A stretch of 64,000 nucleotides of DNA from an uncultured bacterium (GCA_965232985.1 CBDDRC010000042.1:89299-153298), one strand, 5' to 3'. Counted from the stretch's first letter, positions 35,682 through 45,513 are shown. The notes: generated by a model not told the origin, from the letters alone. Made by a program: numbers and translations.

Positions 35682-36163
35682 CCAGCCTCGCTCGCGTACT
35701 CGGCGTGCTGCTGCTCGTCTCCGGCGCGACGCTCGCCAGTGCAGCCGGACCGGTACGGCCGTTTACTGCCGACAGCTTTGAAAAAATACTGGCGGCGCGT
35801 GCCGACAGGCCATTCCTGCTCGCGCTGTGGTCGGTCACTTGCGCGCATTGCCCCGTCGAATTGCGCACGCTCGGCGAATTGCAGCGCCGCCACCCGCAAC
35901 TGGACATCGTGCTGGTCGCTACCGATACACCCGCCGACGCCGACGATGCCGCGCGGCTGGCGCGCGAATACGGGCTTGGCGGCACCGAGCAATGGATCTT
36001 CGCCGACGCCATGCCGGAACGCCTGCGCATGGCGATCGACCGGCGCTGGCATGGCGAGCTGCCGCGCACCTATTTCTTCGATCGCGCACATCGTGTCGAA
36101 GCACAGTCAGGCGTGGCTTCCGCAGCCCGCTTCGACAGCTGGATCCGGAAGAACATTCGCTGA
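35678..36163 (+). CDS. TlpA-like periplasmic thioredoxin-fold protein (CxxC)
   Basis: There is an ATGA overlap with the upstream gene. It has a signal peptide and WSVTCAHCPVEL (CxxC). Confidence 0.8.
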   Translation: MTSLARVLGVLLLVSGATLASAAGPVRPFTADSFEKILAARADRPFLLALWSVTCAHCPVELRTLGELQRRHPQLDIVLVATDTPADADDAARLAREYGLGGTEQWIFADAMPERLRMAIDRRWHGELPRTYFFDRAHRVEAQSGVASAARFDSWIRKNIR

Positions 36164-36238
36164 TTGCCAACGAAGAGTATCGCCACCGTGCCCGGAACGA
36201 CCGCTCGCCACGCGCCACCTTATGTTGGTCCACTGATC

Positions 36239-36823
36239 ATGTGGCGACAGGGCGCGGCCTTCACGCTCGCGGTTTCGCTGCACCTCGTCGTGCTGCTGAC
36301 GGTGCCTGCATTTCATTTTTCCGACGCGCGAACACCTGCGGTGCAAGACATCAGCGTGCACTTGTTCAGCAACACTCCGGCACGATTGGCGCCTGCGACG
36401 CCAGAAAAAAAATCGCGCGCAAAAGACACCCGCGCCAGCGCAGCCGCCGCCGCCGCCGAGCCGTTGCCAGCGGTGATGCCGGAGAGCACCGCAACGACCG
36501 CACCCGCAACAAGCGGGCTGGCACAGGCACCCCTGCCAATAACCGCGGCCCGCGTCGATACCCGTTACCTGGACAATCCGGCGCCGCCCTATCCGCCAAT
36601 GTCGCGGCGTCTCGGTGAAACCGGACAAGTCATGTTGCGCGTGCAGGTCAACGCGCAGGGTGCAGTGCTCGACGTAGCAATCGAACAGTCGAGTGGCTAT
36701 CCACGCCTTGATGCCGCAGCACGCGCCGCCGTCATGAAGTGGCGCTTCGTGCCGGCACGACAGGGCGACGACACGATCGGGTCATATGTGCTGGTGCCGA
36801 TGCGTTTCGATCTCGAATCCTGA
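36239..36823 (+). CDS. tonB: Energy transducer TonB
   Basis: Track ORF 36164..36823, trimmed to the ATG at 36239. It has an N-terminal TM helix, a Pro/Ala-rich spacer, and the C-terminal domain YPPMSRRLGETGQVMLRVQVNAQG...GYPRLDAAARAAVMKWRFVPA. Confidence 0.9.
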   Translation: MWRQGAAFTLAVSLHLVVLLTVPAFHFSDARTPAVQDISVHLFSNTPARLAPATPEKKSRAKDTRASAAAAAAEPLPAVMPESTATTAPATSGLAQAPLPITAARVDTRYLDNPAPPYPPMSRRLGETGQVMLRVQVNAQGAVLDVAIEQSSGYPRLDAAARAAVMKWRFVPARQGDDTIGSYVLVPMRFDLES

Positions 36824-36829
36824 TCGCCG

Positions 36830-37331
36830 CAATGTCTGGCGAATGTCTGGCGAAGTTATTCCGTTCAGCCCGCCACTTTTCCCAACAGCAGTACCGACCG
36901 GTACGAATCGCCACGCATGACCACAAACGGCCTCGCGCCATCGAGGCCAAGCTCGCGCAACTGGCGAGCCATCGGGTGCTTCGACACGGGCGACGTTGAA
37001 GAACACGCAGGCATCGCGCTCCGTGGACATCATGTCCTCGTAACTGGCGCCCATCTCAGTGTTGTACTGGTTGGTCACCGCGAGATTGCCGTCGTTTCGG
37101 CATCGACGCTCGAAAAAAACGAGTGGTATTTCTCCGGCGAATTGGCGTCGAGACGAATGCGAGCAACGCGCGCATTGATCTTGTCGTTGATCCAGGCCCA
37201 TGGAAAGCCCTGCACCTGCCAGGCCGGCCAGACCGGCGGCACCCAGGAAATGACGCCGACTGGCGTCCGGCAAACCGGCGCTTGATGCAGTTTTGCGCGT
37301 CGTTCTGGTCCTTGTTCTGTTCTTCGCTCAT
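36830..37331 (-). pseudogene. nosZ: Relic of nitrous-oxide reductase (clade I nosZ): multiple frameshifts, internal deletions, 3' truncation
   Basis: The minus strand from ATG 37331 (Shine-Dalgarno GGGGAG) reads MSEEQNKDQND. A Tat signal SRRHFLGAAGLAGLAGAG is in a second frame. WINDKINARVARIRLD and VDAET are in a third frame. DGNL...MMSTERDACVFFNVARVEA is in another frame. Compare NosZ FINDKANSRVARIRLD, AIDAETME and GGMMRNERDWVVVFDIHAVEAA. The distal boundary is approximate. Confidence 0.75.
36831..36852. repeat. Perfect 11-bp tandem duplication (aatgtctggcg x2)
   Basis: It is read directly from the sequence. It lies just after the tonB stop, at the distal end of the nosZ relic. Confidence 0.9.
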
Positions 37332-37420
37332 GGCGGATCCACTCCCCTGTCGATTGTTCTTGGCGGCCTGACCGACAACCCCGCGGCCTTCTGCCCCTGT
37401 GACACTTTGTCGCAGCGCCA

Positions 37421-38737
37421 ATGCTCGCCAGCACCGTGCCGGACGCTGATAATCAACCGATGAACCCCGCCAACGAAGCCATTGTCGCGCCGGAAGCCCT
37501 CACCAAAGCACAACTGCATCGCTTGGTTGCACTGCGCTGGATGTCGGTGACGATGATGTTGCTCGCGGTGTTCCCGCTGCCGGCCAGCCTCGGCCTGCGC
37601 GTGCCGACGGAAGCACTGCTGGCCGTGATGCTGGCCATGACCGCCGCCAATCTGTTCACGCTGTCCTGGCTGGCGCGCAACGAATCGATCCCCTGGGCGG
37701 GCAGCGCGCTGTTCCTCCAGCTCTGCATCGACATCGCGGGCTGGAGCGCTTTCCTCTATTTTGCCGGTGGCGCCACCAATCCCCTCATTTCGTTGCTGCT
37801 GCCGCTGGTGGCCATCGGCGCGACCATCCTGCCGGCGACACAGGCCTGGCTGCTGGCATTGATGGCCGTCGGAGCCTATTCGCTGCTGTGGAATTTCTAC
37901 CTGCCGATCAGGCTGCACGACGCGTCGCTGGCGATGCGCTGGCACCTGGCCGGGATGTGGCTGACGTTCGCGCTCTCCGCCGGCGTCATCGTCGGCTTCG
38001 TGGCGCGCATGACTGCGGCGTTGCGCAATCGCGACCGATCTCTTGCTGCTGCCAACGCTGCCATCGCGCGCGACGAGCATATCGTTGCGCTCGGCAACCT
38101 CGCGGCGGGCGCGGCGCACAATCTCGGCACGCCGCTCGGCACCATGCGGATCATCACCGATGAATTGCTGCGCTCGACGCAACTGCAAACGGACGCGCGC
38201 GCCGACCTCGAACTGATGCGTACGCAGGTCGACCAGTGCCGGAAGATTCTCTCGCAGCTCACCGCCGAAGCCGGCCAGATACGTGCCGAGGGCGGCCGCA
38301 GCACCGGCGCCGGGGACTGGATCAACGAAACCGTCGCGCAGTGGCAGGCGCAACGACCGCATGTCATGGCGCGCGTCCATTGCGGCGCGGCGCTTGCGGA
38401 AATCCGGATCATCGCCGATGCCACGCTCAGTCAGGCGCTGCAAACGCTCATCAACAATGCCGCCGATGCCAGCCCGGAATCCGTCGAGGTGCATGCGCAA
38501 GCGGAGGCGCGCGGGCTGGTCATCGAAGTGCGCGATCGCGGTCCCGGCATGCCGGCGACACAACTCGCGGTCGCCGGAAACCGGCCATGGACAGACCGCC
38601 CCGCCGGCATGGGCATCGGGCTTTTCCTGGCGCGCAACACCCTGAACCGCTGTCGCGGCACGCTTGAATTCGAGGCGCGCGCCAGCGGCGGAACGGTCGC
38701 GCGCATGATTATTCCACTGGAGCAGATTCGCGCATGA
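37421..38737 (+). CDS. regB: Redox-responsive sensor histidine kinase, RegB/PrrB/RoxS family
   Basis: It has six N-terminal TM helices, the H-box LGNLAAGAAHNLGTPLGTM, and a C-terminal HATPase domain (DRGPGMP...GMGIGLFL). It is coupled to regA by an ATGA overlap. Confidence 0.8.
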   Translation: MLASTVPDADNQPMNPANEAIVAPEALTKAQLHRLVALRWMSVTMMLLAVFPLPASLGLRVPTEALLAVMLAMTAANLFTLSWLARNESIPWAGSALFLQLCIDIAGWSAFLYFAGGATNPLISLLLPLVAIGATILPATQAWLLALMAVGAYSLLWNFYLPIRLHDASLAMRWHLAGMWLTFALSAGVIVGFVARMTAALRNRDRSLAAANAAIARDEHIVALGNLAAGAAHNLGTPLGTMRIITDELLRSTQLQTDARADLELMRTQVDQCRKILSQLTAEAGQIRAEGGRSTGAGDWINETVAQWQAQRPHVMARVHCGAALAEIRIIADATLSQALQTLINNAADASPESVEVHAQAEARGLVIEVRDRGPGMPATQLAVAGNRPWTDRPAGMGIGLFLARNTLNRCRGTLEFEARASGGTVARMIIPLEQIRA

Positions 38738-39288
38738 TTACCGTGCCGGCGGACGAACAACCGCCACACCTGCTGGTCGTCGACGATGACGCGGCATTCA
38801 ACCATGTGTTGTCACGCGCGCTTGCGCAGCGGGGGTTCCGCGTCTTTTCCGCGCACACGCCCGCCGAAGCACTGATGCTGGCAAAAACCCACGAACCGGA
38901 ATTCGTCATTCTCGACCTCAACATCGGCGGCGAATCAGGCCTGCGGCTGATCAGGCCACTGCTCGACAGCAATCCTGACGCACGCATCCTCGTGCTCACC
39001 GGCTACGCCAGCATCGCTACGGCCGTGGACGCGGTGAAACTCGGTGCCACGCAGTATCTCGCCAAGCCGGCCGACCTCAAGGCAATCGTCAAGGCGCTGA
39101 ATGCCGGCGAGGTCGTCGTCAACACGGCAGCACCGGCGGAAACGATGTCGGTGGACCGCCTGGAGTGGGAGCATCTGCAACGCGTGCTCGGCGAACACGA
39201 TGGCAACATTTCCGCGACCGCGCGGGCGCTGAAAATGCACCGGCGGACCCTGCAGCGCAAACTGGCGAAAAGACCGGCGCCGGCCTGA
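38734..39288 (+). CDS. regA: Response regulator, RegA/PrrA/ActR/RoxR family
   Basis: It has a receiver domain (LLVVDDD...ILDLNIG) and the near-invariant C-terminal HTH NISATARALKMHRRTLQRKLAKRP (compare RegA NVSETARRLNMHRRTLQRILAKR). Confidence 0.9.
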   Translation: MITVPADEQPPHLLVVDDDAAFNHVLSRALAQRGFRVFSAHTPAEALMLAKTHEPEFVILDLNIGGESGLRLIRPLLDSNPDARILVLTGYASIATAVDAVKLGATQYLAKPADLKAIVKALNAGEVVVNTAAPAETMSVDRLEWEHLQRVLGEHDGNISATARALKMHRRTLQRKLAKRPAPA

Positions 39289-39500
39289 GTCCTCCGTGCA
39301 CCTGCCCGGCATCGCGGCCCCCGCCAGGCACCCGACGGTAAACATATCCGGGTCAGTCGTTACCCTGCGGCAACCCCCGCCATATTGTCGACAATCGGCC
39401 CGCGCCCCGGGCGTGTCTGCGCCATAATCTGGCCGCTTAAGGCAAGTACGTCGCGCCACGGATACAGGCCCACTCGCAACCCACCCGCAGGAATATCCCC

Positions 39501-40499
39501 GTGAAGAAGGTTCTGGTCACCGGCGCCGCCGGCTTTATCGGTTCCCATGTCGTCGAGGAACTGACTCGCCGCGGCATCGAAGTGCGCGCCGCCGTGCTGC
39601 CGAAAGAGTCGACAAAAAATATCGACCGCTTCAAGCCGGAAATAGTCATCGGCAATGTGCTGGATAACGCCTTCGTGGAAAAAGCGGTCAAGGGTGTCGA
39701 TCACGTCTTCCACCTTGCGGCCATCTACAGCACCTGGATGCCGGACTGGAAACCACTGTGGGAAGTGAATACCCAGGGCACCCGCAACATCTGCTGGGCC
39801 TGCAAACACTCGGACACCGTGCAACGTGTGGTGTACACCAGCTCGCTTTCTGCGGTTGGCATCAAGCCGGGCAAGGAAATATCGGACGAGAACACGCCGT
39901 TCAACCAATACGCTGCCACACCGTACGTACTGTCGAAATACCTGTCGCAGCAAGAGGCGCTTGGCTTCGCGCAAAACGGCCTCGATCTGGTGGTGGTAAA
40001 TCCCTGCTTTCCGTTTGGCCCCGGCGATGTCGCGCCGACCCCGACCGGCAACATCATCCTGCAGATGATGAAGGGCCTCACCCGTCTGAAAGTGGAGGGC
40101 GGCTTCAACGTTGTCGACGTGCGCGATGTCGCGCTCGGCCACCTGCTGGCGGCTGAAAAAGGCCGCTGCGCAGAGAAGTACCTGCTGGGCAACGTCAACA
40201 TGACCGGCGAAGAGTTCTCGAAACTGGTAGCCCGCTCGCTCGGCTTCGAGCATGCCTTCATGATCCCGGTGCCGGCCAACGCCATGAAGGCGGTCGCCTT
40301 CGCCGCTGAACTGGTCACCGAAAACCTGCTCAAGGACAAACGCCCGCTCTTCACCCTGGGAGAAATCCGGTACGGCACCCAGCATGCGTTTATGTCGGTC
40401 GACAAGGCCCGCCGCGAACTCGGTTACGCCCCGCGCGATGTCGGTGTGTCAATCAGCGATGCCATCCGCTGGTTCCGCGACTACGGCTACGCGGGCTGA
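39501..40499 (+). CDS. NAD-dependent epimerase/dehydratase (extended SDR, dihydroflavonol-reductase-like)
   Basis: MKKVLVTGAAGFIGSHVVEEL (Rossmann fold) and YVLSK (YxxxK). The start is GTG. Confidence 0.85.
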   Translation: MKKVLVTGAAGFIGSHVVEELTRRGIEVRAAVLPKESTKNIDRFKPEIVIGNVLDNAFVEKAVKGVDHVFHLAAIYSTWMPDWKPLWEVNTQGTRNICWACKHSDTVQRVVYTSSLSAVGIKPGKEISDENTPFNQYAATPYVLSKYLSQQEALGFAQNGLDLVVVNPCFPFGPGDVAPTPTGNIILQMMKGLTRLKVEGGFNVVDVRDVALGHLLAAEKGRCAEKYLLGNVNMTGEEFSKLVARSLGFEHAFMIPVPANAMKAVAFAAELVTENLLKDKRPLFTLGEIRYGTQHAFMSVDKARRELGYAPRDVGVSISDAIRWFRDYGYAG

Positions 40500-40543
40500 G
40501 TTGGCGTGCAAACGAGTCCCGGCCACAGCTGTTACTGCGCACC

Positions 40544-41029
40544 ATGACCCCGCTTAAAGTCCTGCTCGAGCACCTGGCCGCCTGTCAGCCGCGCAATCTG
40601 CTGTATCTCAGCGCGCACCCGGCGCTCGCGCTTGAATCTGACGAACTTGCGCTGACCACACGCAGCGACGTCACCGCTGTCGCCAGCCTCGAACACGAAG
40701 GCCATTACGACTGCGCGCTGGTCGCGGATTTCCTCGAACACCTGCCGAAAGTGCAGGGGCTCGCAATCCTCGGCCGGCTGCGCAACCTGCATGCCGGTCG
40801 CCTGCTGGTGTTCATCGACCACGACGCAGCCGTTGAGCCTTGGTCGCTGGATGATTTTCTGGGTCTCGGCTTTCGCCTTGAGGCAACACTTGCCGATAAC
40901 ACCCCCACCAACTCAGTACGTACTCTGGCCTTCTACAGTTACGATATCGCCACCTACAACCACGAGCGCGAATGGAACAACCCGCGCTTCTGGGCAAACC
41001 CGCAGATCTGGGGGAAATATTTCTGGTGA
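40544..41029 (+). CDS. Conserved hypothetical protein
   Basis: 161 aa with coherent codon usage and a GTGA overlap with the next gene. I cannot assign a family confidently. Confidence 0.55.
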   Translation: MTPLKVLLEHLAACQPRNLLYLSAHPALALESDELALTTRSDVTAVASLEHEGHYDCALVADFLEHLPKVQGLAILGRLRNLHAGRLLVFIDHDAAVEPWSLDDFLGLGFRLEATLADNTPTNSVRTLAFYSYDIATYNHEREWNNPRFWANPQIWGKYFW

Positions 41030-41697
41030 TATACGCACGCCTGGGTGAAATATTCTTTTTCTTTCGCAGCAACATCATGGCGCTTTTGGCCGTGACGTTG
41101 CCGTTTGCCATCGCCACCTCGCTGATCGTGCATGGGGTCGGCGAGCCCGTCGTCGCCGACGGCAAATCATTCGCCGTCAATTCAACCAGCGCACTGCTGT
41201 TGTCGCTGCTCTATCCGCTGGCGCTGGGCGCGAAGGTGATCGCCATACACCGCCTTGCGCGCGGCGAGGGCATCACCTTCGCAGCCCTGCTGGTCGATAC
41301 GCTGCGCGCCTGGCCGGTGCTGGCGGGCATCAGTCTGTTGATGGGTCTGGCCGTGGGCAGCGGCCTGTTTCTGTTTATCGTCCCGGGCATCTGGTGCTAC
41401 GCCCGCCTCGGCTATGCACCCATTCTCGCCGTGACCGAAAAGCTCGGCGTTATCGCAGCGCTCACCACCTCTTGGCAACGCACGCAGGCGCAGCAACTTG
41501 AACTGTTTACGCTGGCCATGCTGATCGGCGGTGTGCTGGTGATGATCATGCTGCTGGTACTGAACCTCATCTCCCACACGTGGGCGAATACACCACTGGC
41601 TGCCGACATCGCGGCGCGCAGCCTCGACGAACTGCTGTTCTGCCTGCTGACCATCGCGTTTTACCGCTACGGATCGCTCGCTGTACGCACCCCCTGA
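41026..41697 (+). CDS. Polytopic membrane protein of unknown function
   Basis: Track ORF 40972..41697. I prefer the GTG at 41026, which overlaps the upstream stop (alternative: ATG 41077, MALLAV...). It has 5-6 TM helices. Confidence 0.55.
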   Translation: MIYARLGEIFFFFRSNIMALLAVTLPFAIATSLIVHGVGEPVVADGKSFAVNSTSALLLSLLYPLALGAKVIAIHRLARGEGITFAALLVDTLRAWPVLAGISLLMGLAVGSGLFLFIVPGIWCYARLGYAPILAVTEKLGVIAALTTSWQRTQAQQLELFTLAMLIGGVLVMIMLLVLNLISHTWANTPLAADIAARSLDELLFCLLTIAFYRYGSLAVRTP

Positions 41698-41818
41698 ACC
41701 GATACCGCACCTACGACTTATGTCTGACAATCCCCTCTGGGCCATGCTGCAAACCTGTTAAGGTTCGGCCAGCCCTGCGGGGCTGATGGATCGATAAATC
41801 CGCGACGAGGTTAACTGC

Positions 41819-42253
41819 ATGGCGCAATACAACATCAAGGTTGGCTGGGATGCCGCGTCAGGCAGCGAACACTATCGCTGGACGCTTGAGAACGGCACGG
41901 AAATCGTCGGTGTACCGCCGGCCGATCCCGGGGAGGCACCGCGCTTTCTTGATCCCGAAGAGGCCTTCGTCGGCTCGCTCGCCAGTTGCCATCTGTTGTC
42001 GTTCCTGGCGGCGGCGGCCAAGGCCGGCTTCCATGTCGCCCGCTACGAAGATGAGGCCATCGGCCTGCTCGACAAAAATGAGCAGGGCCGGATCGCCGTT
42101 ATCCGCGTGATCTTAAGCCCGCTGGTGAGCTTCGGCACGGACAAGAAACCGACCATTGATGAATTGCGGGCGCTGCACGAAAAAGCCAACTACGATTGCT
42201 TTATTGCCAATTCGGTGAAGACGCAGATCATCGTCGAACCGCGCGTGGCCTGA
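41819..42253 (+). CDS. OsmC/Ohr-family protein
   Basis: EEAFVGSLASCHLLSFLAAAAKAGF and ANYDCFIANS give the two conserved Cys positions of the OsmC fold. Confidence 0.8.
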   Translation: MAQYNIKVGWDAASGSEHYRWTLENGTEIVGVPPADPGEAPRFLDPEEAFVGSLASCHLLSFLAAAAKAGFHVARYEDEAIGLLDKNEQGRIAVIRVILSPLVSFGTDKKPTIDELRALHEKANYDCFIANSVKTQIIVEPRVA

Positions 42254-42757
42254 TCAGGCTTTTTCATACACCACGAAACTGTAGTCGTACGGATTCCCAG
42301 CGCTGGCGACAAAGCGCTCGCGTCTGGCTTCACGCCATTGCGCATGCTTGAAAGCCGGAAAGAAAGCATCACCTTCGACCGTCGCATGCACTTCGGTAAG
42401 ATAGAGGCGGTCACATCGCGGCAGCGCCAGCGCATAGATTTCCGCACCACCAATCACCAGGCATTCGTCGATGCCATCCAGCCGCGCCACCTGTGCGGCC
42501 AACTCCAGCGCATCATCAAACGACCAGACGACGCGCGCACCGGCCGGTGCATAGCCCGGCCGCCGGGTAATCACGATGTTGGTGCGGCCCGGCAACGGCC
42601 GGCCCAGCGACTCCCAGGTCTTGCGCCCCATGATCACCGGCTTGCCGAGCGTGACCGCCTTGAAATACTGCAGGTCGTTCGGCAGCCGCCAGGGCAGCAT
42701 GTTGTCGCGGCCGATAACACGGTTTTCCGCGAGCGCGGCGATGAGCGAAATTTTCAT
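42254..42757 (-). CDS. folA: Dihydrofolate reductase
   Basis: Track ORF trimmed to the ATG at 42757: MKISLIAALAENRVIGRDNMLPWRLPNDLQYFKAVTLGKPVIMGRKTWESLGRPLPGRTNIVITR. Confidence 0.95.
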   Translation of the reverse strand: MKISLIAALAENRVIGRDNMLPWRLPNDLQYFKAVTLGKPVIMGRKTWESLGRPLPGRTNIVITRRPGYAPAGARVVWSFDDALELAAQVARLDGIDECLVIGGAEIYALALPRCDRLYLTEVHATVEGDAFFPAFKHAQWREARRERFVASAGNPYDYSFVVYEKA

Positions 42758-42767
42758 GGGCATGTCG

Positions 42768-43865
42768 TCATGCCTCGTACACCAAACCGAGTGACTCGCC
42801 CACCGCAGCACTGAGCAACTTGCCAGCACGCACCGACAGGCCAGCACGTAAACACGGATCTTGTATCAGCGCCGTCTTGATGCCATGGTCGGCAAGCGCC
42901 AGCACGAACGGCAGCGTCGCGTTGGTGAGCGCGCGTGTGGATGTGCGCGGCACCGCGCCCGGCATGTTCGCCACGCAGTAATGCACGATGCCTTCCTCGA
43001 CATAAACAGGATCAGCATGCGTCGTTGGCCGGCTGGTCTCGAAACAACCACCCTGATCGATGGCAACATCGACAACCACCGAGCCTGGCTGCATCGCTCG
43101 TAACATGGTGCGATCGACCAGCTTCGGCGCACCGGCACCCGGCACCAACACGGCACCGATCACCAGATCCGCACGCTGCACGAGATGCGCGATCGCCTGC
43201 CGCGTGCTGTGGCAGGTTTCGCTGCGATGGTCGAGCGCGACCGAGATTGCCTGCAACTGTGACAATTCCTTGCCGACCACCGTGACGCGCGCGCCCATGC
43301 CCACCGCAACCTGCGCCGCTGCAGTGCCTACCACGCCGGTGCCGATGATCACGACGTGTGCCGGCGCAACACCGGTAGCGCCGCCGAGCAACATGCCTTT
43401 GCCGCCGTTCGGTTTGGTGAGGTAATGCGCGCCGGCCTGCACCGCCAGCTTGCCGGCAATTTCGCTCATCGGCGCGAGCAACGGCAGGCGGCCTGCCGCA
43501 TCGGTCACGGTTTCATAGGCGATATACGTCGCCCCGGTTTTCAGCAGCGCTTCGGTAAGCGCACGCGATGCGGCAAGATGCAGATAGGTGAACACCGTGT
43601 GCCGTGGCGCGATCAACGCGTATTCCTGCGGCTGCGGTTCCTTTACCTTGACGATCAGCGCGGCTTGCGCAAAAACTTCCGCTGCGGTACCGAGCACGGT
43701 CGCACCGGCTTTGCGGTATTCGTCATCGCTGAACCCTGCACCGGCACCGCCATCTTTCTCGACGAACACACGATGGCCGTGGTGCACCAGTTCCGCAGCG
43801 CCGTAAGGCGTCATCGCAATGCGGAATTCCTGCGTCTTGATTTCCTTCGGAACGCCGATATCCAT
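42768..43865 (-). CDS. ald: Alanine dehydrogenase
   Basis: MDIGVPKEIKTQEFRIAMTP and VIIGTGVVGTAAAQVAVGMGARV. The start is set at 43865; the track ORF starts 12 nt upstream. Confidence 0.92.
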   Translation of the reverse strand: MDIGVPKEIKTQEFRIAMTPYGAAELVHHGHRVFVEKDGGAGAGFSDDEYRKAGATVLGTAAEVFAQAALIVKVKEPQPQEYALIAPRHTVFTYLHLAASRALTEALLKTGATYIAYETVTDAAGRLPLLAPMSEIAGKLAVQAGAHYLTKPNGGKGMLLGGATGVAPAHVVIIGTGVVGTAAAQVAVGMGARVTVVGKELSQLQAISVALDHRSETCHSTRQAIAHLVQRADLVIGAVLVPGAGAPKLVDRTMLRAMQPGSVVVDVAIDQGGCFETSRPTTHADPVYVEEGIVHYCVANMPGAVPRTSTRALTNATLPFVLALADHGIKTALIQDPCLRAGLSVRAGKLLSAAVGESLGLVYEA

Positions 43866-43883
43866 ACGCACGTCCATGCCTGT

Positions 43884-44678
43884 TTATACTGCCACCGGCG
43901 CTTTGATATGGGGGTGTGACTGGTAACCCTCCAGGGTGAAATCCTCGTAACGGAACCCGAAAATATCCTTCACATCCGGGTTGATTTTCATCACCGGCAG
44001 CGGCAACGGCGGGCGCGAGAGTTGCAGATCGGCCTGCTCAAGATGGTTGCTGTACAGATGGCAGTCGCCGCCGGTCCAGATGAAATCGCCCGGCGCCAGC
44101 TCGCATACCTGCGCCACCATCATTGTCAGCAGCGCGTAGCTGGCGATATTGAACGGCACACCGAGGAAGATGTCGGCGCTGCGCTGGTAGAGCTGGCAAC
44201 TCAACTTGCCATCCGCAACGTAAAACTGGAAAAACGCATGACATGGCGCCAGCGCCATATTCGGAATGTCGGCAACGTTCCAGGCGCTGACGATCAGCCG
44301 GCGCGAATCCGGATTGGCCTTGATTTGCGCGATCACCTGCGCGATCTGGTCGATATGCCCGCCCGACGGCGTCGGCCATGAACGCCACTGGTACCCGTAA
44401 ACCGGCCCGAGCTCACCGCCCTCCTTCGCCCACTCGTTCCAGATGGAGACACCGTTTTCCTTCAGGTAGCGGACATTGGTCTCGCCCATCAGGAACCACA
44501 GCAACTCGTGGATGATCGATTTCAGGTGCAGTTTTTTGGTGGTGACGACCGGGAAACCCTGCCCGAGATCAAAGCGCATCTGGTAACCAAACACACTGTA
44601 GGTGCCGGTGCCGGTGCGATCGGATTTGCCGGTGCCGTGCTCACGCACATGGCGCATCAGATCGAGATACTGTTTCAT
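43884..44678 (-). CDS. thyA: Thymidylate synthase
   Basis: [48 protein letters not shown], and 264 aa in length. Confidence 0.97.
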   Translation of the reverse strand: MKQYLDLMRHVREHGTGKSDRTGTGTYSVFGYQMRFDLGQGFPVVTTKKLHLKSIIHELLWFLMGETNVRYLKENGVSIWNEWAKEGGELGPVYGYQWRSWPTPSGGHIDQIAQVIAQIKANPDSRRLIVSAWNVADIPNMALAPCHAFFQFYVADGKLSCQLYQRSADIFLGVPFNIASYALLTMMVAQVCELAPGDFIWTGGDCHLYSNHLEQADLQLSRPPLPLPVMKINPDVKDIFGFRYEDFTLEGYQSHPHIKAPVAV

Positions 44679-44712
44679 GCAGACATTCCCGAAAATATTC
44701 CCACAAGCGGCC

Positions 44713-45513
44713 TTACTTTCCGGCCGGCATGATCCGTTTGCGATAAGCGAGCAGCAGCAGGAATACGCCCACGATCATCAGCGGAATGCTCAACAACTGG
44801 CCCATCGTCAGCCAGTCGAAGGCGATATAGCCAAGCTGCACGTCCGGTTCACGGAAAAATTCCGTGCCGAAACGGAACGTGCCGTAGCCCAACGCAAACA
44901 CCCCGGACACCGCGTATCGCGGGCGCGGCCGCTGCGAGAAAAACCAGACGATAAGGAACAGCACAATGCCTTCGGTAAAGGCCTGGTACAACGGCGAGGG
45001 ATGCACAAGAAAATCGACCTGCGGCCACTGCATCGCCCAGGGCAACGACGCCTCGGCCGCGCGGCCTGGCAACTCACCGTTGATGAAATTGCCGATGCGG
45101 CCGGCGAACAACCCGGCAGGCACCAGCGGCGCCGTGAAATCGACCACGTCCCAATACGCCTTTTTGTGCTTACGACAGAACAGCCACACGGCAACCATCA
45201 CGCCGAGAAAACCACCGTGAAAACTCATGCCGCCAACCCACAGCTTGAATATCCACAGCGGATTTTCAACGAAGGAATCGAAGTTGTAGAACAACGTGTA
45301 ACCGATACGGCCGCCGAGGATAACGCCCAGTGCCGCGTAAAAAATCAGATCGTCGACCTGTTCGGCCGTCCAGTTGCGCCAGGCCTGTTTGACCCGTTGA
45401 CGGCCCAGCCACCAGGCGGCGACGAAGCCAATCAGGTACATCAGGCCATACCAGTGAACCTGCAGGGGGCCAAAGGCGATGGCGACGGGGTCGGGTTGCG
45501 GATGAACGAGCAC
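44713..45513 (-). CDS. lgt: Prolipoprotein diacylglyceryl transferase
   Basis: [27 protein letters not shown] and [11 protein letters not shown]. The start is GTG. The thyA-lgt adjacency is conserved. Confidence 0.95.
   Translation of the reverse strand: MLVHPQPDPVAIAFGPLQVHWYGLMYLIGFVAAWWLGRQRVKQAWRNWTAEQVDDLIFYAALGVILGGRIGYTLFYNFDSFVENPLWIFKLWVGGMSFHGGFLGVMVAVWLFCRKHKKAYWDVVDFTAPLVPAGLFAGRIGNFINGELPGRAAEASLPWAMQWPQVDFLVHPSPLYQAFTEGIVLFLIVWFFSQRPRPRYAVSGVFALGYGTFRFGTEFFREPDVQLGYIAFDWLTMGQLLSIPLMIVGVFLLLLAYRKRIMPAGK

Noticed and set aside
42248-42259. A 12-bp perfect palindrome, GCCTGATCAGGC, containing the stop codons of both convergent genes (osmC-like and folA).
   Set aside because: It is too short and has no loop, so it cannot act as a terminator. 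It is most simply a coincidence of two TGA stops placed back to back.
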